From positions 1-64,000 of the forward strand of contig RHPI01003614.1 of the NCBI GenBank assembly GCA_009103225.1: DNA of 64,000 bases. The letters are read 5' to 3'. This document shows positions 23,801-37,685 of this stretch, one piece after another. The notes under the pieces were generated by a model. The model searched no databases. It had not been told where the DNA came from and worked only from the letters and a program-made list of their open reading frames with translations. Both the position numbers and the translations under genes were made by a program. Origin of the DNA: Chlorokybus atmophyticus (Eukaryota; Plantae; Mesostigma and Chlorokybus algae). Every line of letters begins with the position of its first letter. Position 1 is the first letter of the stretch.

Positions 23801-26046
23801 GCTATCATGTGCACGCACACGTGCACACACACTCTTCAACAGCTAGCATTGGCTTTACTTGAAGAGCGGGTGTTCAGGCGTATCCCATCTGCCGCCGCAC
23901 AGGTCGAGACCGCCGAGGAAGGCCACGAGGCGGCGGCTGGACACGTGTGCGCCGGGAGCATCGCACACGAGCGTCTTCTGATGGTGCGTGTAGATGAGGC
24001 GTCCGACGCGTTGGCCGTCACGCAGACCGGACCTCCCACTTCCTTCCCTCGGCACAAGAACCACCTGTGTGTGCAAACTGTAATGAACAATGCTGACTGG
24101 TGCAGTGATGGTGAGTATGTGTGCAGTCATTGACATGTTTGTGCTGCACCTTGACAGCGGTGTTTGCAAAGTAGACTCGCGTACGCTCATCGTTTACTGC
24201 CATGACACCCATCACCTTCACCAGGGCGGTGTTGTATGAGGTCTGGTCGTCCCAAAGTAGGAGGTTTACAGACACACCCTGCCATTGCACAGTTGTAAGC
24301 AAGGAACATTGCCACAAGCGCCTGCGCACGCACGCACGCACGCACGCACGCACACCGCATGCATGCGCGCGCATGTATGTGTGTGCGCCATGCGGGTGCA
24401 TAAGCGTGTGTGCGCGCACGCTGGCACAGACGGTGCAACTAGTTGTTGACTAGTTGATGCATGTACCTCTGCAGCTTTACGCTTCAACAACTGCCCAAGT
24501 GTTTCCATGGACTCGCGAGGCCGGCGGACAGGGTCTCGCACGAGGTATATCTCCGTGTATACGGACCAGCCAGCGATGTAGATCAAGTGGCGCGCACCCT
24601 CTATCGTGTCATATATGTCCTCCCAACAGGCCTTCACACACACAGATCGGCTGTGGTTAGTAGTGTTGTGATTAGTACCGTTGATTGTGCTGCACATATC
24701 TATTTAGCGGCGCTTTACTACCTACCGGGACTCTTGCTGCGTAGTTAGGCCTAGTAGTACTTAGCCTACAACAAAGACTCAATGTGCACGAATGCTGTAT
24801 GTAGCCTTGTGAACAGCAGGCATCTGCGCAGAAACCTGTGTGCACATACCCGCTGTTTGAAAAATGTGCCATCATCCAGCGGTATTGAAGGTAAAGCTCC
24901 AGGAGGTACATGCGCATCCTGCATACAAAGAGAAGGCAGTTGCCAAGGCAGAATGAATAGGCAGCTTTGTGGATGCACAACTTGTGAGGCTGATAGTCCA
25001 GGTTGTGGGAGTTGTTGTTGATTTGCTGACTGGCAATAGGTGTATGCACCTGATACAGGATGACATTGTTTGCAGGGCGTATGGGGAAGTAAGTGTTGGG
25101 TACGCTAAGGGGGAAAGCTGGCGAGCGCACGCTGAACTGCGCATCGTCCTGGCCAAGTGGAACCAACTTGACAAAAATGCTCATTTGACCAAGGTCGTTG
25201 CGCTGCATGCCGTCTCTGATGTAAGCATGCATACACACAGGTGGTTATTGAGTGCATGTGTTCAAGCAGAGTATGTAGAGTGCAAGAAAAGACTGCTATT
25301 GAAGGGCATACTTGTCGGCCAAAGGAAACCAGCCATGAAAGGGCTGCCCGGTTGCGATGGTTTCAGCGGGCAATGAGACGGTGCCAAGTATATCGCGGCT
25401 GACAATATCGTGGTCCTTGACAAAAAACACCACCTGCGGAAGAGCATGCACATGAAGAAGCACATGCATGCGCTCATTGACAGGACGCGCACATGTGTGC
25501 AGGGCCGCATGCACGCAAATGCGCGCGCACGCACCCATGCACCCATGAGCAAGCAGCGTGCACACAACATGCGCCCTCCACATAAATGCAGTCAACAACT
25601 GCCTTGCCTGCTGCACATCGTGAGCAACCAGCACTTCATACTCTTCATTCCACACGGGGTTAAGGTTATTGTTGACCACAGCAGATCGGATGATGCGCGT
25701 GGGACCGAGCTCAACCGTTACATAAGGATCACTGCGATTCACAAACACTTGAGAAAAAGTGACGTCAACAACGCCAATGCCAACAACAACAACAAGCACA
25801 GCAGCAGCAACAGCAGCAACCACAACACGACAACGTCAGCGACAGCAACAACAACACATTGCGTAAGCTGTCCATATGTTGTGTGTCTCACCTAACATCT
25901 GATCTGATGAAGTCCTCGGCCTTGCGTAAGAACTTGGCAAGCTTCTTGTGTTTCTGAATGAGCTTGTTGGTGTTAAGCCCATCCGCATCACGCAAGCCTT
26001 TCGCCTCATACAGTTTTACGTAAAGGGTGCCATGCAGAAGAACCAT
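20845..26046 (-). CDS. PLD: C2-domain phospholipase D (plant PLD alpha/delta-like), multi-exon
   Basis: N-terminus [16 protein letters not shown]2 domain [20 protein letters not shown]1 [43 protein letters not shown]2 [13 protein letters not shown] (~21720-21760), C-terminal [14 protein letters not shown]...LPSDLTT*. Confidence 0.93.
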
Positions 26047-27269
26047 TGTGTTGTTTTGCTCTCAGTAGCTATGCCAATTGTTCATACTGTCTTCCGCATG
26101 CTCCCATGATTGTCTTTGTTTGCACTTGTGGAATTGTTAGGGGGAATCAGCACCTGTTCGGAATAAAAGCTAAAATGCAGGCTAGTCCCAACATACTGTG
26201 TAACACAAATGCACACTGGAACATGGCATAACTCGATGCTTGCATGCACATTGTCTCGTCACCTTAAGCGCATGCAACAGCATATTCGGTTCAAAGAGAG
26301 AGACATACTACACAACCATAATTCGCGTTTATGTTTGCAGTCCAGCATGCAAGCTAAACTTGAGCTGCATTAAGGTTCTCACTTGTCTTGCACACCTTAG
26401 TAACTGCGTATTGCATGCGGCAGCAGCAAAGAGCACGTGCAATTCGACGTCCAACCAACGGCAAGCCGCAATTACGCGAATGTAGCGACCGCACCCGTAA
26501 CCACTTATACCAACAGAAGAACAACGCCGCCACCGGCCCTGACGTCGCCGACGACGGGGTCCACCATTTGTCGCAGGCCACGTGGGTTGCTTATTTGTGT
26601 GCCAGCTGGCGGAGCATATGCCGCACAAGCACTATGCGCCTTGTGCGTCTTGTGCTCCCTGTGCGCTTTGTGCGTCCAGTCCAGTGCTGTCTGACACATT
26701 CCAGCGCGGCACAGAGTCGGCAACGAACGTGGCCCCTACGTGGCGCTGGTCACCTATGACCGGCCGAAAATTTCGACGACAAACACCTGGTGACGACCTC
26801 AAACTGCGACGAATCAGCATTTTACATGGCTGTTTTGACTGGCAACTCCAGGACATTGTGCTGGGCACGTACACAAAAGAGGCCTTACGGGCAGCGTTGA
26901 GTTTGCAGTCGGTTGTAGGTGGGGAAAGCGGCTGCAACTCCTTCGTTTGCCTGATGCCGGACTTAGACCCTTGAAGATCCGTGGCGGTTCGGACTGCTGA
27001 CTGGTAATAAAACGGCCGGTTGGACCCTCGGAGAGCACCGTCCCGTCAAACCACGCCAAGAGCCTGCTGTTTAACCAGACGGCGGCCGTTTGCCGTCAAT
27101 TGACTGCAGCAAACAGGCCGTGACGTGGCAAATCCTGCTTATAGCCGGGCGGCGGTGTCTCTGCCGTGGTGGGCGTTGTCGGCGTCGTCATTGGCCTGCC
27201 GGAGGCGTCCGTGCCTAGAACTAGCACAGTGTCTGCCTGATCGGCGGAAGCAAGCAGGTGGCAACGGCG

Positions 27270-30200
27270 ATGTTGGCTGCCAGGTGTAGGGGGTTGGTCC
27301 CTCGGGCGGCCGTCTCGGCCAGGGCGGCGGTGGGGGCGGCGACGGGATGGAACACAGGCGTGGAGAGCACCTCCTACGCACCGTGGCAGCACCATCGGAG
27401 CAGGCGGGGCGTCACCGACCTCGCCGTCCTGGACGACGACCTGCACGCCCTTCCAGCTGAACTGCGCTCAGCCGATCTCAGAGTTACCTTAACAAACCAA
27501 CCCCAGGTTTGCCTCTTTTGCTCACACATTGGTTTCTAAGTTGCTCTGTCAATTTGGGTTCAACTGGATCTGTTGAGATTGTGTGGAATTGAAGTGATCA
27601 TTTTGTCTCAGCCCAAGCCGCGGTTGGAGGATTTGAAATTTGGCAAGTACTTCACTGACCACATGATGGTGGCGGACTGGGTGGAGGGGTCAGGCTGGGG
27701 AAGACCTGAGATTCATCAACTCAAGCCATTGGAGCTTCATCCTGCCTGCCAGGTGAGGGCAATGCCATCCTTGACATGATGTAGCGCGTGCGTGTGTAGG
27801 GGACGAAGTCANGTTGCTCCTATCTGTAAGCGATAATACGACAACAACAACAACAACAACAGGCAGCAAGCAAGCAGAGCGATGGTGAAGGAGCGACCGA
27901 AGCTGGTGCTGATCATACTGAGGGCGGGCACGCGCGATCAACCGATGAAGTTCTCAACACTGTGCATTCACAGGTGTGCAATTCACCAGACACACTTGTT
28001 ATTCAGCCGCTTGCAGACGCTGACTTACATGTTGAAATGCAACCACAGTTTGAGGAGTGGGACTTGCGCAAAAAGGGCTACAGGCATCTCATGGCTTTCA
28101 TGCTGTTCACGGCACTCTACTTCATTGTGCTGTTCATGCAAAGGTAAGCATACTGTTGTCCACAAAAAGCAAGAAAGGATTATCATCACAACATACTGGG
28201 TTTCTCATTACAGGGATGCCTCGATGGTTTATGGCGTCAACAGCACAATATCAACACTGCTTCCGAGCGATGACAGCGGCAACACCCTGACAGAGTTTCA
28301 AGACACGGACAGCGTACTCTCCTGGTACGAACATCGTTCTGTCTTGCTGACAAATAACATCATCATCATCATCAACAACATCATCAGCAACATCAACAAC
28401 ATGTGTTCACAGGGTGAGGAGCATGCTGGCGGGCACGTTTACAAATCCAGTGTGTGGAGGTGGCGTGTGCGAGCGCCCATACGAGTTCAACGGCTACGGT
28501 CGCTTTGGTTGTCCAGAGGCAAGTTGGTTCACAAACATGTTGTTGTATTACAGGTGATTGAGTTGGTCATGTGGTCTGCTCAGGACTGTGGCTGGTCGAA
28601 ATATCTTACTAATGTGACTGTGAAGTTCGGCTTCAACTTTCGTACCGCCTCCGACCAGTCACGCTCCTTCTGGAACCTGTGGTAAGCCATCAAGAACCTG
28701 CGTGCGTGTGCACGTGCGCGCGTGCCCCCAACACACACACACTTACATACACACACGTGCACAGATACAAACATTTTCACACAACGCAGGTGCTGCATTA
28801 TGGCACGGAGTGCTTTGAAGGCATGAAGATATATCACGGCGCAGACATGCGGCTGCGGCTTTTTCGGCCCGACATGAACCTGCAGAGGCTGTCAACATCT
28901 GCTGCGCGCTTGCGCTTACCCGAATTTGATCAGGTAGTTGAAGTAGTAGCAGTAACAAACAAACACACATGCATACGCACACATTTGCCGTACGCTCACA
29001 TATATATACATGCACAAAACACGCGCACTTGCGCGGTTGTTTGTGCTTGCTGATGAGAGTGCTGTCTCCCCAAACAGGCAGAGCTGCTGGAGTGTTTGAA
29101 GCAGCTTGTGCGGGTGGACGCTTCATGGGTGCCGGACCGCGAGGGCTACGCCGTGTATGTGAGGCCGACGCTGGTGGGCACGACGCCGTGTCTCGGGGTC
29201 GCACCGCCCTCCCACGCAAAACTCTTCATCATTCTCTCACCTGTCGGACCCTACTTTGCCAATGGTGGCCTCAACCCCGTGAAGCTGTTCCTGGACGAGC
29301 GCAATGCTCGTGCGTGGCCCGGTGGCGCAGGTACTACTGTCTGTGTGCATGCGCGTGTGTGCCTGTGCCCGTGCGCGTGTGTGTGCGCGTTTGTCTGTTT
29401 GTGCGCGTGTGTCTGTGTGCGCACGTGTGTGATAGTGTTGCTATGATGTGTTGACATGGCACATGCATTCAGGGTATGCCAAGATTGGCGGCAACTATGC
29501 ACCGACAGTGCAGCCGCAGGTCAATGCTGCCCAGTACGGCTGCAGTCAAGTGATATATGTGCTTCAAACTCCAAGTACATGACACTCTCAAGCATCTGTT
29601 GCAGAAGCTTATGCCAGTTGCTAGCTTGTCTCAAGTGTTTCATCCATTCATGCAGATGGCGGATTCATCTCTGAGTCCGGTGCAATGAATCTGTTCTTCT
29701 TCCTGAAGTACGCCGACGGCTCACGTGAGCTCGTCACGCCCCCGCTTGACGGCACAATTTTACCTGGCGTGACACGTGATTCGGTGCTCGAACTCGCACG
29801 CTCGTGGGGCGAGTTCAACGTGTCGGAACGGCCGCTCTCCCTTGATGAAGTAAGCACCTGACATGTTGTTGTGCTTGTGTCTGAAGCCCGAACAAAGAGT
29901 AGTGTCCATATACTAATGGATTGTACTGCAGCTTCTGGGTGCAATATCGGAGAACCGTCTGCTGGAGGCGTTTGGGACAGGAACCGCCTGTGTGGTGCAG
30001 CCGCTTAGCGGGGTTGCGCGGTTGAATGAAAACGGTAGCGTTGCGCAAATGACGGTCCCATTCCAAGCTGAGGCTGCACAATGGTGGCTCAAGCAGGTGA
30101 GAGGATTGAGGGCACATGCGTTTGGAATTGAGTGACATGTTGTTGGGTGAGGTCAGAATGCTTACACATCATTGCTTGGGCAGATTGGTCGCGGCAACGA

Positions 30201-30312
30201 TAATCAAACAGCAAAGCTCGCCCCGGGTGAGTCGTTGAGTGGGCGGCTGATGCGTGCTTTGATGGACATTCAGTATGGCATCACTCCGCACCCGTGGAGT
30301 GTGCCACTATGA
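27270..30312 (+). CDS. BCAT: Branched-chain amino acid aminotransferase (PLP class IV) with N-terminal transit-peptide-like extension
   Basis: Exons 27270-27506, 27612-27752, 28790-28933, 29078-29330, 29473-29574, 29656-29849, 29932-30096 and 30184-30312 splice in frame. Motifs: FGKYFTDHM, LHYGTECFEGMK, LFRPDMN, YVRP, KIGGNYAP, ESGAMN, ILPGVTRDS, FGTGTACVV, DIQYG. Confidence 0.93.
27813..28725 (+). repeat. Apparently identical 913-bp copy of 33052-33964 lying inside BCAT intron 2
   Basis: Constant offset of 5239 and identical ORF translations. Begins immediately after an N at 27812. Confidence 0.9.
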
Positions 30313-31057
30313 TGGCCATCTTCATGCATAGAATTTTCATTGCCTTGTACATTAGTGGCGAGCTATTTGCGATGTATATAGATGCGATTGTGTGCGACAA
30401 CTAGCTGCACACCATGTGTGCAGCTTGCGAGGTTGCTTCATATGAACGGAAGGCTACATTGGCTAGCATTGCATTGGTAGGCGCTTGCCTATGCTATACC
30501 AATGTGCAGATATGATTGTTTTTCAAATGCGTCCACCCTACAGCTTGCCTATGTTGTCACTAGTGATTAACAACGACCATTTTAGCTTGCATTCTGCAAG
30601 AGTACACAACCAAGTGTTGTGGAATGCAATTGCAGGCCACATGCTCCTTGCTGCAATCTGTTCGTTGTGGCACTACTTGTATAGGTGAGGTGCCGCTACT
30701 TGCTACCTCTTGCTGCCTTTCCTTGCTAGTTTGGCGTGCTGATGTGTCTTGGGGCCTGAGGCCGAGGCACTCAACACAGTGCCGCTTTTGCCATGGATGT
30801 GATCAACCACAAAACTGCAATTAGAGACCACTCCAATCGACAACGCCTACCATTGCCATTGCTAGCCTAATGCGGTGATGTTGGTTGTAGGTGTATTGTG
30901 TTTATGTAAGTCACTTCCAGAGTCGTGCTACATCCTTGCAATTGCACAATGCGGCTCACATCATTATCCGCAGGCATGCATTCATTGCAATCAAGACCAC
31001 CGATTGATGGCAATTAATTGAAGACTTGGACATGTGCATTAAAATAAAACAACACGA

Positions 31058-31801
31058 TACCCATAATCTATTGAGTCTTATTCACATTAAACTTGTACAA
31101 CGTCAAGTTGTGAAACACGTTTGAGAAGCGCTCCTCTGCGTAGGCTCCACATATTTCATGATGCATTTGTAACATCCAATGAAAAGTGTACAAAAATTTG
31201 ATGATTACATTAAGCCTGCGCATCTAAGCGTTGCATGCGTCGATATGTACACGTATGCACGCGCACGTATCCATAACGCGCTTCTGCGTATATAGTAACA
31301 TTGCAAGCTTCAATATCAAGCATCGTGTTGTGAAAGACAATCGCAAGTAAGGGTGCGTATATTACAATCGCATGCTGCAATGGACTTGAGTGTAAATGTA
31401 TTGTAAGAGCGGACGATAGGGCTCCGGGACGGGGGGGGTACCCATAATCTATTGAGTCTTATTCACATTAAACTTGTACAACGTCAAGTTGTGAAACACG
31501 TTTGAGAAGCGCTCCTCTGCGTAGGCTCCACATATTTCATGATGCATTTGTAACATCCAATGAAAAGTGTACAAAAATTTGATGATTACATTAAGCCTGC
31601 GCATCTAAGCGTTGCATGCGTCGATATGTACACGTATGCACGCGCACGTATCCATAACGCGCTTCTGCGTATATAGTAACATTGCAAGCTTCAATATCAA
31701 GCATCGTGTTGTGAAAGACAATCGCAAGTAAGGGTGCGTATATTACAATCGCATGCTGCAATGGACTTGAGTGTAAATGTATTGTAAGAGCGGACGATAG
31801 G
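31058..31801 (+). repeat. Apparently identical 363-bp tandem duplication with a G-rich spacer, ending at an N
   Basis: 31058-31420 matches 31439-31801; N at 31802. Confidence 0.9.
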
Positions 31802-32091
31802 NCACTCGCATTGTGTGGCTTATTATCCAAGCTTATTGTGAAGCGCTTCATGCAAGAGTCAAACGAGGGTGTAAATACCACAGTAACCACAAAGGTAATG
31901 CAGCAAAACTATACTCTTACATAGGCATCTGATGACATCATTGGGGTGTGCGCGCGGACTCGGGTCGACCGATCCCGTTCCAGTCACATGCCACACCTGC
32001 GACATGTCCCACCTGAAACAACCCAACCGCACTTGCCGTGGCCCACGCCCACGCCCACACCGCCGCCGCCGCCGTGTTGCTGACAGGGGAG

Positions 32092-35000
32092 ATGAGCGTC
32101 AGGAACAGCGCCAGCACGTGGTACAAGTGGTAAGTGTCGTCAAGGGGGGAATGACGTGGAACAAGTGACACTTGATGGTAAGTGGGCGCTGGGCTGAGTA
32201 CCTAGGCTTACACGCTGCACTTGCTTTGCTGCTGCTGCTAGCGCAACTGTGTTTGCCCTGCAAGTAGCAGCCTGCAATGCCAGCTGTCTGATGCTTAGAG
32301 TTGAGATGGCTGGTAAGCTGTGAGTGTTTTTCGGTCGTCAGCTGGTCGGCAAGCTTGTTCAAAGTCCATCGTAAGCTTTGCTTGCCAGGGCGAGAGCAAC
32401 ATTTCAACATCACACAACAACAAACCATCAACAGCAAGTCTATGCTGCGTGTTGCGTTAAAGTTGGTTATCAAAGCATTGATGATTGTTTATGCCTGCAT
32501 CACAGGCCTTGACTATGGCTTGCAAGCAAGTACCTCAGTGAAGCAGGTCCATCAACTGCGACGCCAGCATGGCTGCAGCAGCCAGCTGCACTGCCATTTT
32601 CGTGACGCTGCGGCGAAATTTTGCTAGAAGACAGCTCACCAACCACGGCGCAACCGCTTTGAAGGTGCGTATGCGCAATGCTTGCATGGGAAGTGCAATT
32701 GCATGCACAATCACTCCGTTGACAGCAATAACAGTTGCAATCACAATGATAATGACAGCAACAATCAATGCCAACAGCAGCACAACAGTACTGACAGCAG
32801 CAACTTGCTATCGCTGCTGTATTGCTGTTAGCAACGCTGTTGCTGGTTGGTGTTGGTGTCGTTATTTTGGCTTCATTGTTGTTGCTGTGGATGCAGCTTT
32901 TGTTGTCGTTGTCTTCTTGGTTGTGACATAAGAAAAGTACGCAGCCACAACACAACACCACTGCTGTTGTTGGTGTAGCGGTTATCATTGCGTCATCTGC
33001 GTCTTCATTGCTATTGCTGTCACCGCCGTAGTTGTCGTTGTGGCTGTCGTGGTTGCTCCTATCTGTAAGCGATAATACGACAACAACAACAACAACAACA
33101 GGCAGCAAGCAAGCAGAGCGATGGTGAAGGAGCGACCGAAGCTGGTGCTGATCATACTGAGGGCGGGCACGCGCGATCAACCGATGAAGTTCTCAACACT
33201 GTGCATTCACAGGTGTGCAATTCACCAGACACACTTGTTATTCAGCCGCTTGCAGACGCTGACTTACATGTTGAAATGCAACCACAGTTTGAGGAGTGGG
33301 ACTTGCGCAAAAAGGGCTACAGGCATCTCATGGCTTTCATGCTGTTCACGGCACTCTACTTCATTGTGCTGTTCATGCAAAGGTAAGCATACTGTTGTCC
33401 ACAAAAAGCAAGAAAGGATTATCATCACAACATACTGGGTTTCTCATTACAGGGATGCCTCGATGGTTTATGGCGTCAACAGCACAATATCAACACTGCT
33501 TCCGAGCGATGACAGCGGCAACACCCTGACAGAGTTTCAAGACACGGACAGCGTACTCTCCTGGTACGAACATCGTTCTGTCTTGCTGACAAATAACATC
33601 ATCATCATCATCAACAACATCATCAGCAACATCAACAACATGTGTTCACAGGGTGAGGAGCATGCTGGCGGGCACGTTTACAAATCCAGTGTGTGGAGGT
33701 GGCGTGTGCGAGCGCCCATACGAGTTCAACGGCTACGGTCGCTTTGGTTGTCCAGAGGCAAGTTGGTTCACAAACATGTTGTTGTATTACAGGTGATTGA
33801 GTTGGTCATGTGGTCTGCTCAGGACTGTGGCTGGTCGAAATATCTTACTAATGTGACTGTGAAGTTCGGCTTCAACTTTCGTACCGCCTCCGACCAGTCA
33901 CGCTCCTTCTGGAACCTGTGGTAAGCCATCAAGAACCTGCGTGCGTGTGCACGTGCGCGCGTGCGCGCGTGCATGCGTGCATGCGTGTATGCATTCGTGC
34001 GTGTGCAGGTCGGTGCGTACGCATGTGTGCGCGTGTGTTTGCTCATGTGCGCGTGCGCGCGTGTGTGTTGCAACATAGTCTCACATGTTGTGCAGTGCCC
34101 CAGAGGACTGTTCCTTGGCCTCCATGTCAGACCCCAACACCAGTTGCTGGTAAATTTCACGGCTTTGACGGTCCGCTGTGTATGCAACATCATCAGGCCC
34201 TAAACCAATTTCGTGTGCACAGGTTCGGTACTCCTTACAACTTCTCGGCTGATGGTTTGACGGGGACGCAGACAACTAGTCTGTAAGCAAACTTTTCTTT
34301 TATCTTGTCCACTGGTGTGTATGCGTGTGATGAAAATGCAAACGGTCCATGCAACTGATGACTTACATTGCTATGACAGGTTCATGATTGATGGCAACTA
34401 CACAGTCTGCTTGCTTGCTCCTGGTACGTTGAGGTTTGCTGAACCTTCTATCAATACAGCAAGCAGGCGACACAGTGCTTAGACTTTTGTTTACGTGTGC
34501 GTGTGCGTGTGCTTACGTGTGTCTGCCTGTCTTGCTTAGGTGGCGGAGTGAAGGGACAAGTCCAAATCTCACCCACAAATGTTACCGGCATCGCCGTGGG
34601 TAATGACATTGTGTTTGCATCCTATTTGCACCTCTTCACACAGTTCATCATGTTGACATACATCCACCATCGCAGGCATCGCGACAACAACCACGGTGTT
34701 GAAAGGGGATGCTGATTACGTTGACTTGAATGTGACAACCAACAGCGATGACTCTACGCAAGCCGTGATAGCGGCGAGTTGGCCGTATTGCGGTACCGCC
34801 ATCACTCGCTGCCAGAAGATATGCACGCGTATCGCGGCGTGCTTCCTGCGTTGTCCCGGCAACGTCACGGCGAGCACGGACGACATCTACACGCGGTGCA
34901 CGCAGGCACTGTGCACCACACGCTTCTTCCCCAGGGTCAACATCATCAGCAACCGCGAAATCTGCCTCATTGTAAGTGCTAGCACCGATCATGTTGGATG

Positions 35001-36607
35001 TGCTCGTTTGTTCAGGTCCGCACAGACCCAAGCACGCACGCGCACGCGCGCACATACACACGCACCCACATACACATGCGTGCACGCGCGCTCAAGGAAG
35101 CTCGCATACGCACGCACAGATTCACACATACGCGCGCGTGCACAAACACGCACACACATACACACGTGATCAAACGCGTTAGCACGCAGACACATGTGCG
35201 CTCGCACACACACATGTCTTTTCGTAGGCGAGGCAGCCCATCCTGGAGTACTTGAACATTCCCGGCGCCAATGGGACACTTGAGAACCCTTCTGACCCGA
35301 TGTACGGCTGTCCAGCGGCTTATTATGACCGCATCAACTACCCGGGCCTCCGCCCAGACGGTAACGAGAGAATGTCATTGTTGTTGTGTTGAGAGCACGC
35401 AGAGACATGCTTCATTATGCGTGGGGGGGTTTAATGTGTCCTTCATTTGTTGCAGATTATTGCAGGGCACCTGTGGTGAACGGTGACCCAGCAGACTATT
35501 GCCAGTGGCAGAATGCGGGGGACTCCATCTGCCAGTCCAGCTGCTTGTACCCCGAGTGCGGGAACGATTATCAAGTGAGTTGCACATGCTTGTTGGTGGA
35601 TGTGCTCGTTGATGGCTCATCGCTTGATGCCAACATGTATGAATGGTTTGGTGCTCAGGACTGCTGCTCGCTTGGGTGGCCTCTCAATGGCAATGGTATG
35701 TTGAATTGCTGCACGCACGCACGCACGCGCGCATGTCCATATGCACACGCGCTCGCTCGTACAAGTTTCTGTTGAGAGTGTTGAGAGACGTATCAAGGTT
35801 GAACAAAATCACCAACCATTCCCATTGTCCAGATTTGGCCTGCTGCAATCTGATGGCTAGCAGCAGCACCTCTCCCCTCTCCTTCCCTTTCGCCTTCAAC
35901 AACTATCTCGACGACAACCTCACCACCTCCATCGAGTTCGACAACCAGCACACCGTGTACGACGTCGGACTCACCAACCGCATCCTCGCGGGCGTCCTGC
36001 TCCACACCACGAGGTACCGCGTCGACAACTGCTCCGCGACAAGGTTCGCGAAACTATTGCCGGACGGGAGGTGCAGGTCGTGGGAGGCAGATGTTGAACC
36101 GTACGGCGCGGATCCGGGTGTGTTTTGCTGGTCTCCCTGTGCAGCTGTTGTGTTGAGCGCGTTACGTGCGTGCGTGCATGCGTGCTTGCTCGTGTGCATG
36201 AGTGCGCACAGGCACGCACTCGTGCTTCCATGAGTGCTTCCGTCTGCTAACCCCACAGTTATCTGATCTGTATCAGTGTTTCTGAGGAGCAGCAAGTTCT
36301 ACACTGAGGCTGCAGCCAGGGATCCCCATGACTATTACAGGCAAGTCAGCTGCAGCTGGTAGTTTCAGTATCATTGTGCACACATGAATACAATTGAAGC
36401 GAGGGGGTGCAAACCTAGTTTCATGAGCTGCATTGGTGTGTGTGTTATGCTTGATGTCATTATCATCATTCTCAATGCAAGGTTCTGGTTGCAGTGCGTC
36501 GGAGATCAACAGTCACGGGGTCCCGTACGGCTTCTTCCCAATGCCTGCAGTGGTAAGAGAGCATAAAAATCGCCACTTCAACCAATGAGTGTGGTACACA
36601 CGCACAG

Positions 36608-36639
<32 letters not shown>

Positions 36640-37654
36640 GCGATTGCATGCGTGAACACGCATGAACATCAAGTTCAGGTTCAGTTGCTCGCAGGAAAAC
36701 TTCAGACCAGCGGGATTCCCTGCAGTGGTGGCGATTGATCTCGATGCAGGGGAGGCCGCACGGTGCGTGGTTGCTGTTTGGTTGATGCACAACATGTTTG
36801 TCAAGCACAACACACACATGAGCTTATCAACTGACAATACAGGTTTGTTGATTACCTTGAGGACGCGTTCTACATTGACGAAGTGCAAACCAAAGACCTC
36901 TACGTGCAGTTTGTCACATACAACGGTAGGGTGGGGTGGTACATCGTGTGTTGTTTTCGCGCAACGTCAACTTCTAGACTCACTCGCTTGTGTTTATGGC
37001 ACACAGTTGTCCTGCAACTCTTCTCTAGTTATCGGGTCGTATTCAATTTCAACGATGGCGGGAGCATAGCAATCAACCCGTCTATAGTCACAGTATCTGT
37101 TGAGCACTACGACAGCGCTAGCGAGTACTTCCGTGCGGTAAGTCCATTTCATACCCACACATCAATCTTATCCAAGTAGTCCAAGTAGTTGTCATGTGTC
37201 TGATCACACGCACACTCTTCTTCTATGCAGGCGCTAGAGGTGGTATTGCTGTTGTGCATAGCCGCAGAGGTTTACTTTGAGGGGTCGGACATATACCGCA
37301 CGTGGGTGAAGACAGGGTCACTCCTCGCACACTATTGCAGCTTTTGGAACTATGTTGATGCAGCCTCCATCGCACTACTCTTCACTGCCGTCATCACGTG
37401 GGTCACATTTGTCCTCAAGTACGCCAATGGGTTCGACATGCCGGTCTTCTACAACATATACGCCGCAAATGGGACGGACCGCTTTGGGCCGCACGCGCTA
37501 AAGCTTGATGCGGATGGAAGAGGCATGCATGACTTTGTGGCAATGCTCGCAGAAGTCAACACGCTCGTCACGTTGTGGCGCTTCTATCTCGCTGTCAACA
37601 GCATCAAGTACGCACACACGCACACACGCCGGCACGCACATGCACACGCACTCG

Positions 37655-37685
<31 letters not shown>

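Noticed and set aside
31058-31801. Exact 363-bp tandem duplication as a biological event
   Set aside because: Identical copies, a poly-G spacer and a terminal N indicate a contig-overlap artefact.
32500-33180. 226-aa minus-strand ORF and other His/Thr/Ala/Cys/Val-rich ORFs across 21-46 kb
   Set aside because: They arise from CAA/TTG and CA/GT microsatellite-rich introns and contain no domain motifs.
33121-33924. 267-aa ORF (and its copy at 27882-28685) as a standalone gene
   Set aside because: It is an off-frame read-through of PKD2-like exons and introns; the real motifs are in other frames with GT-AG borders.
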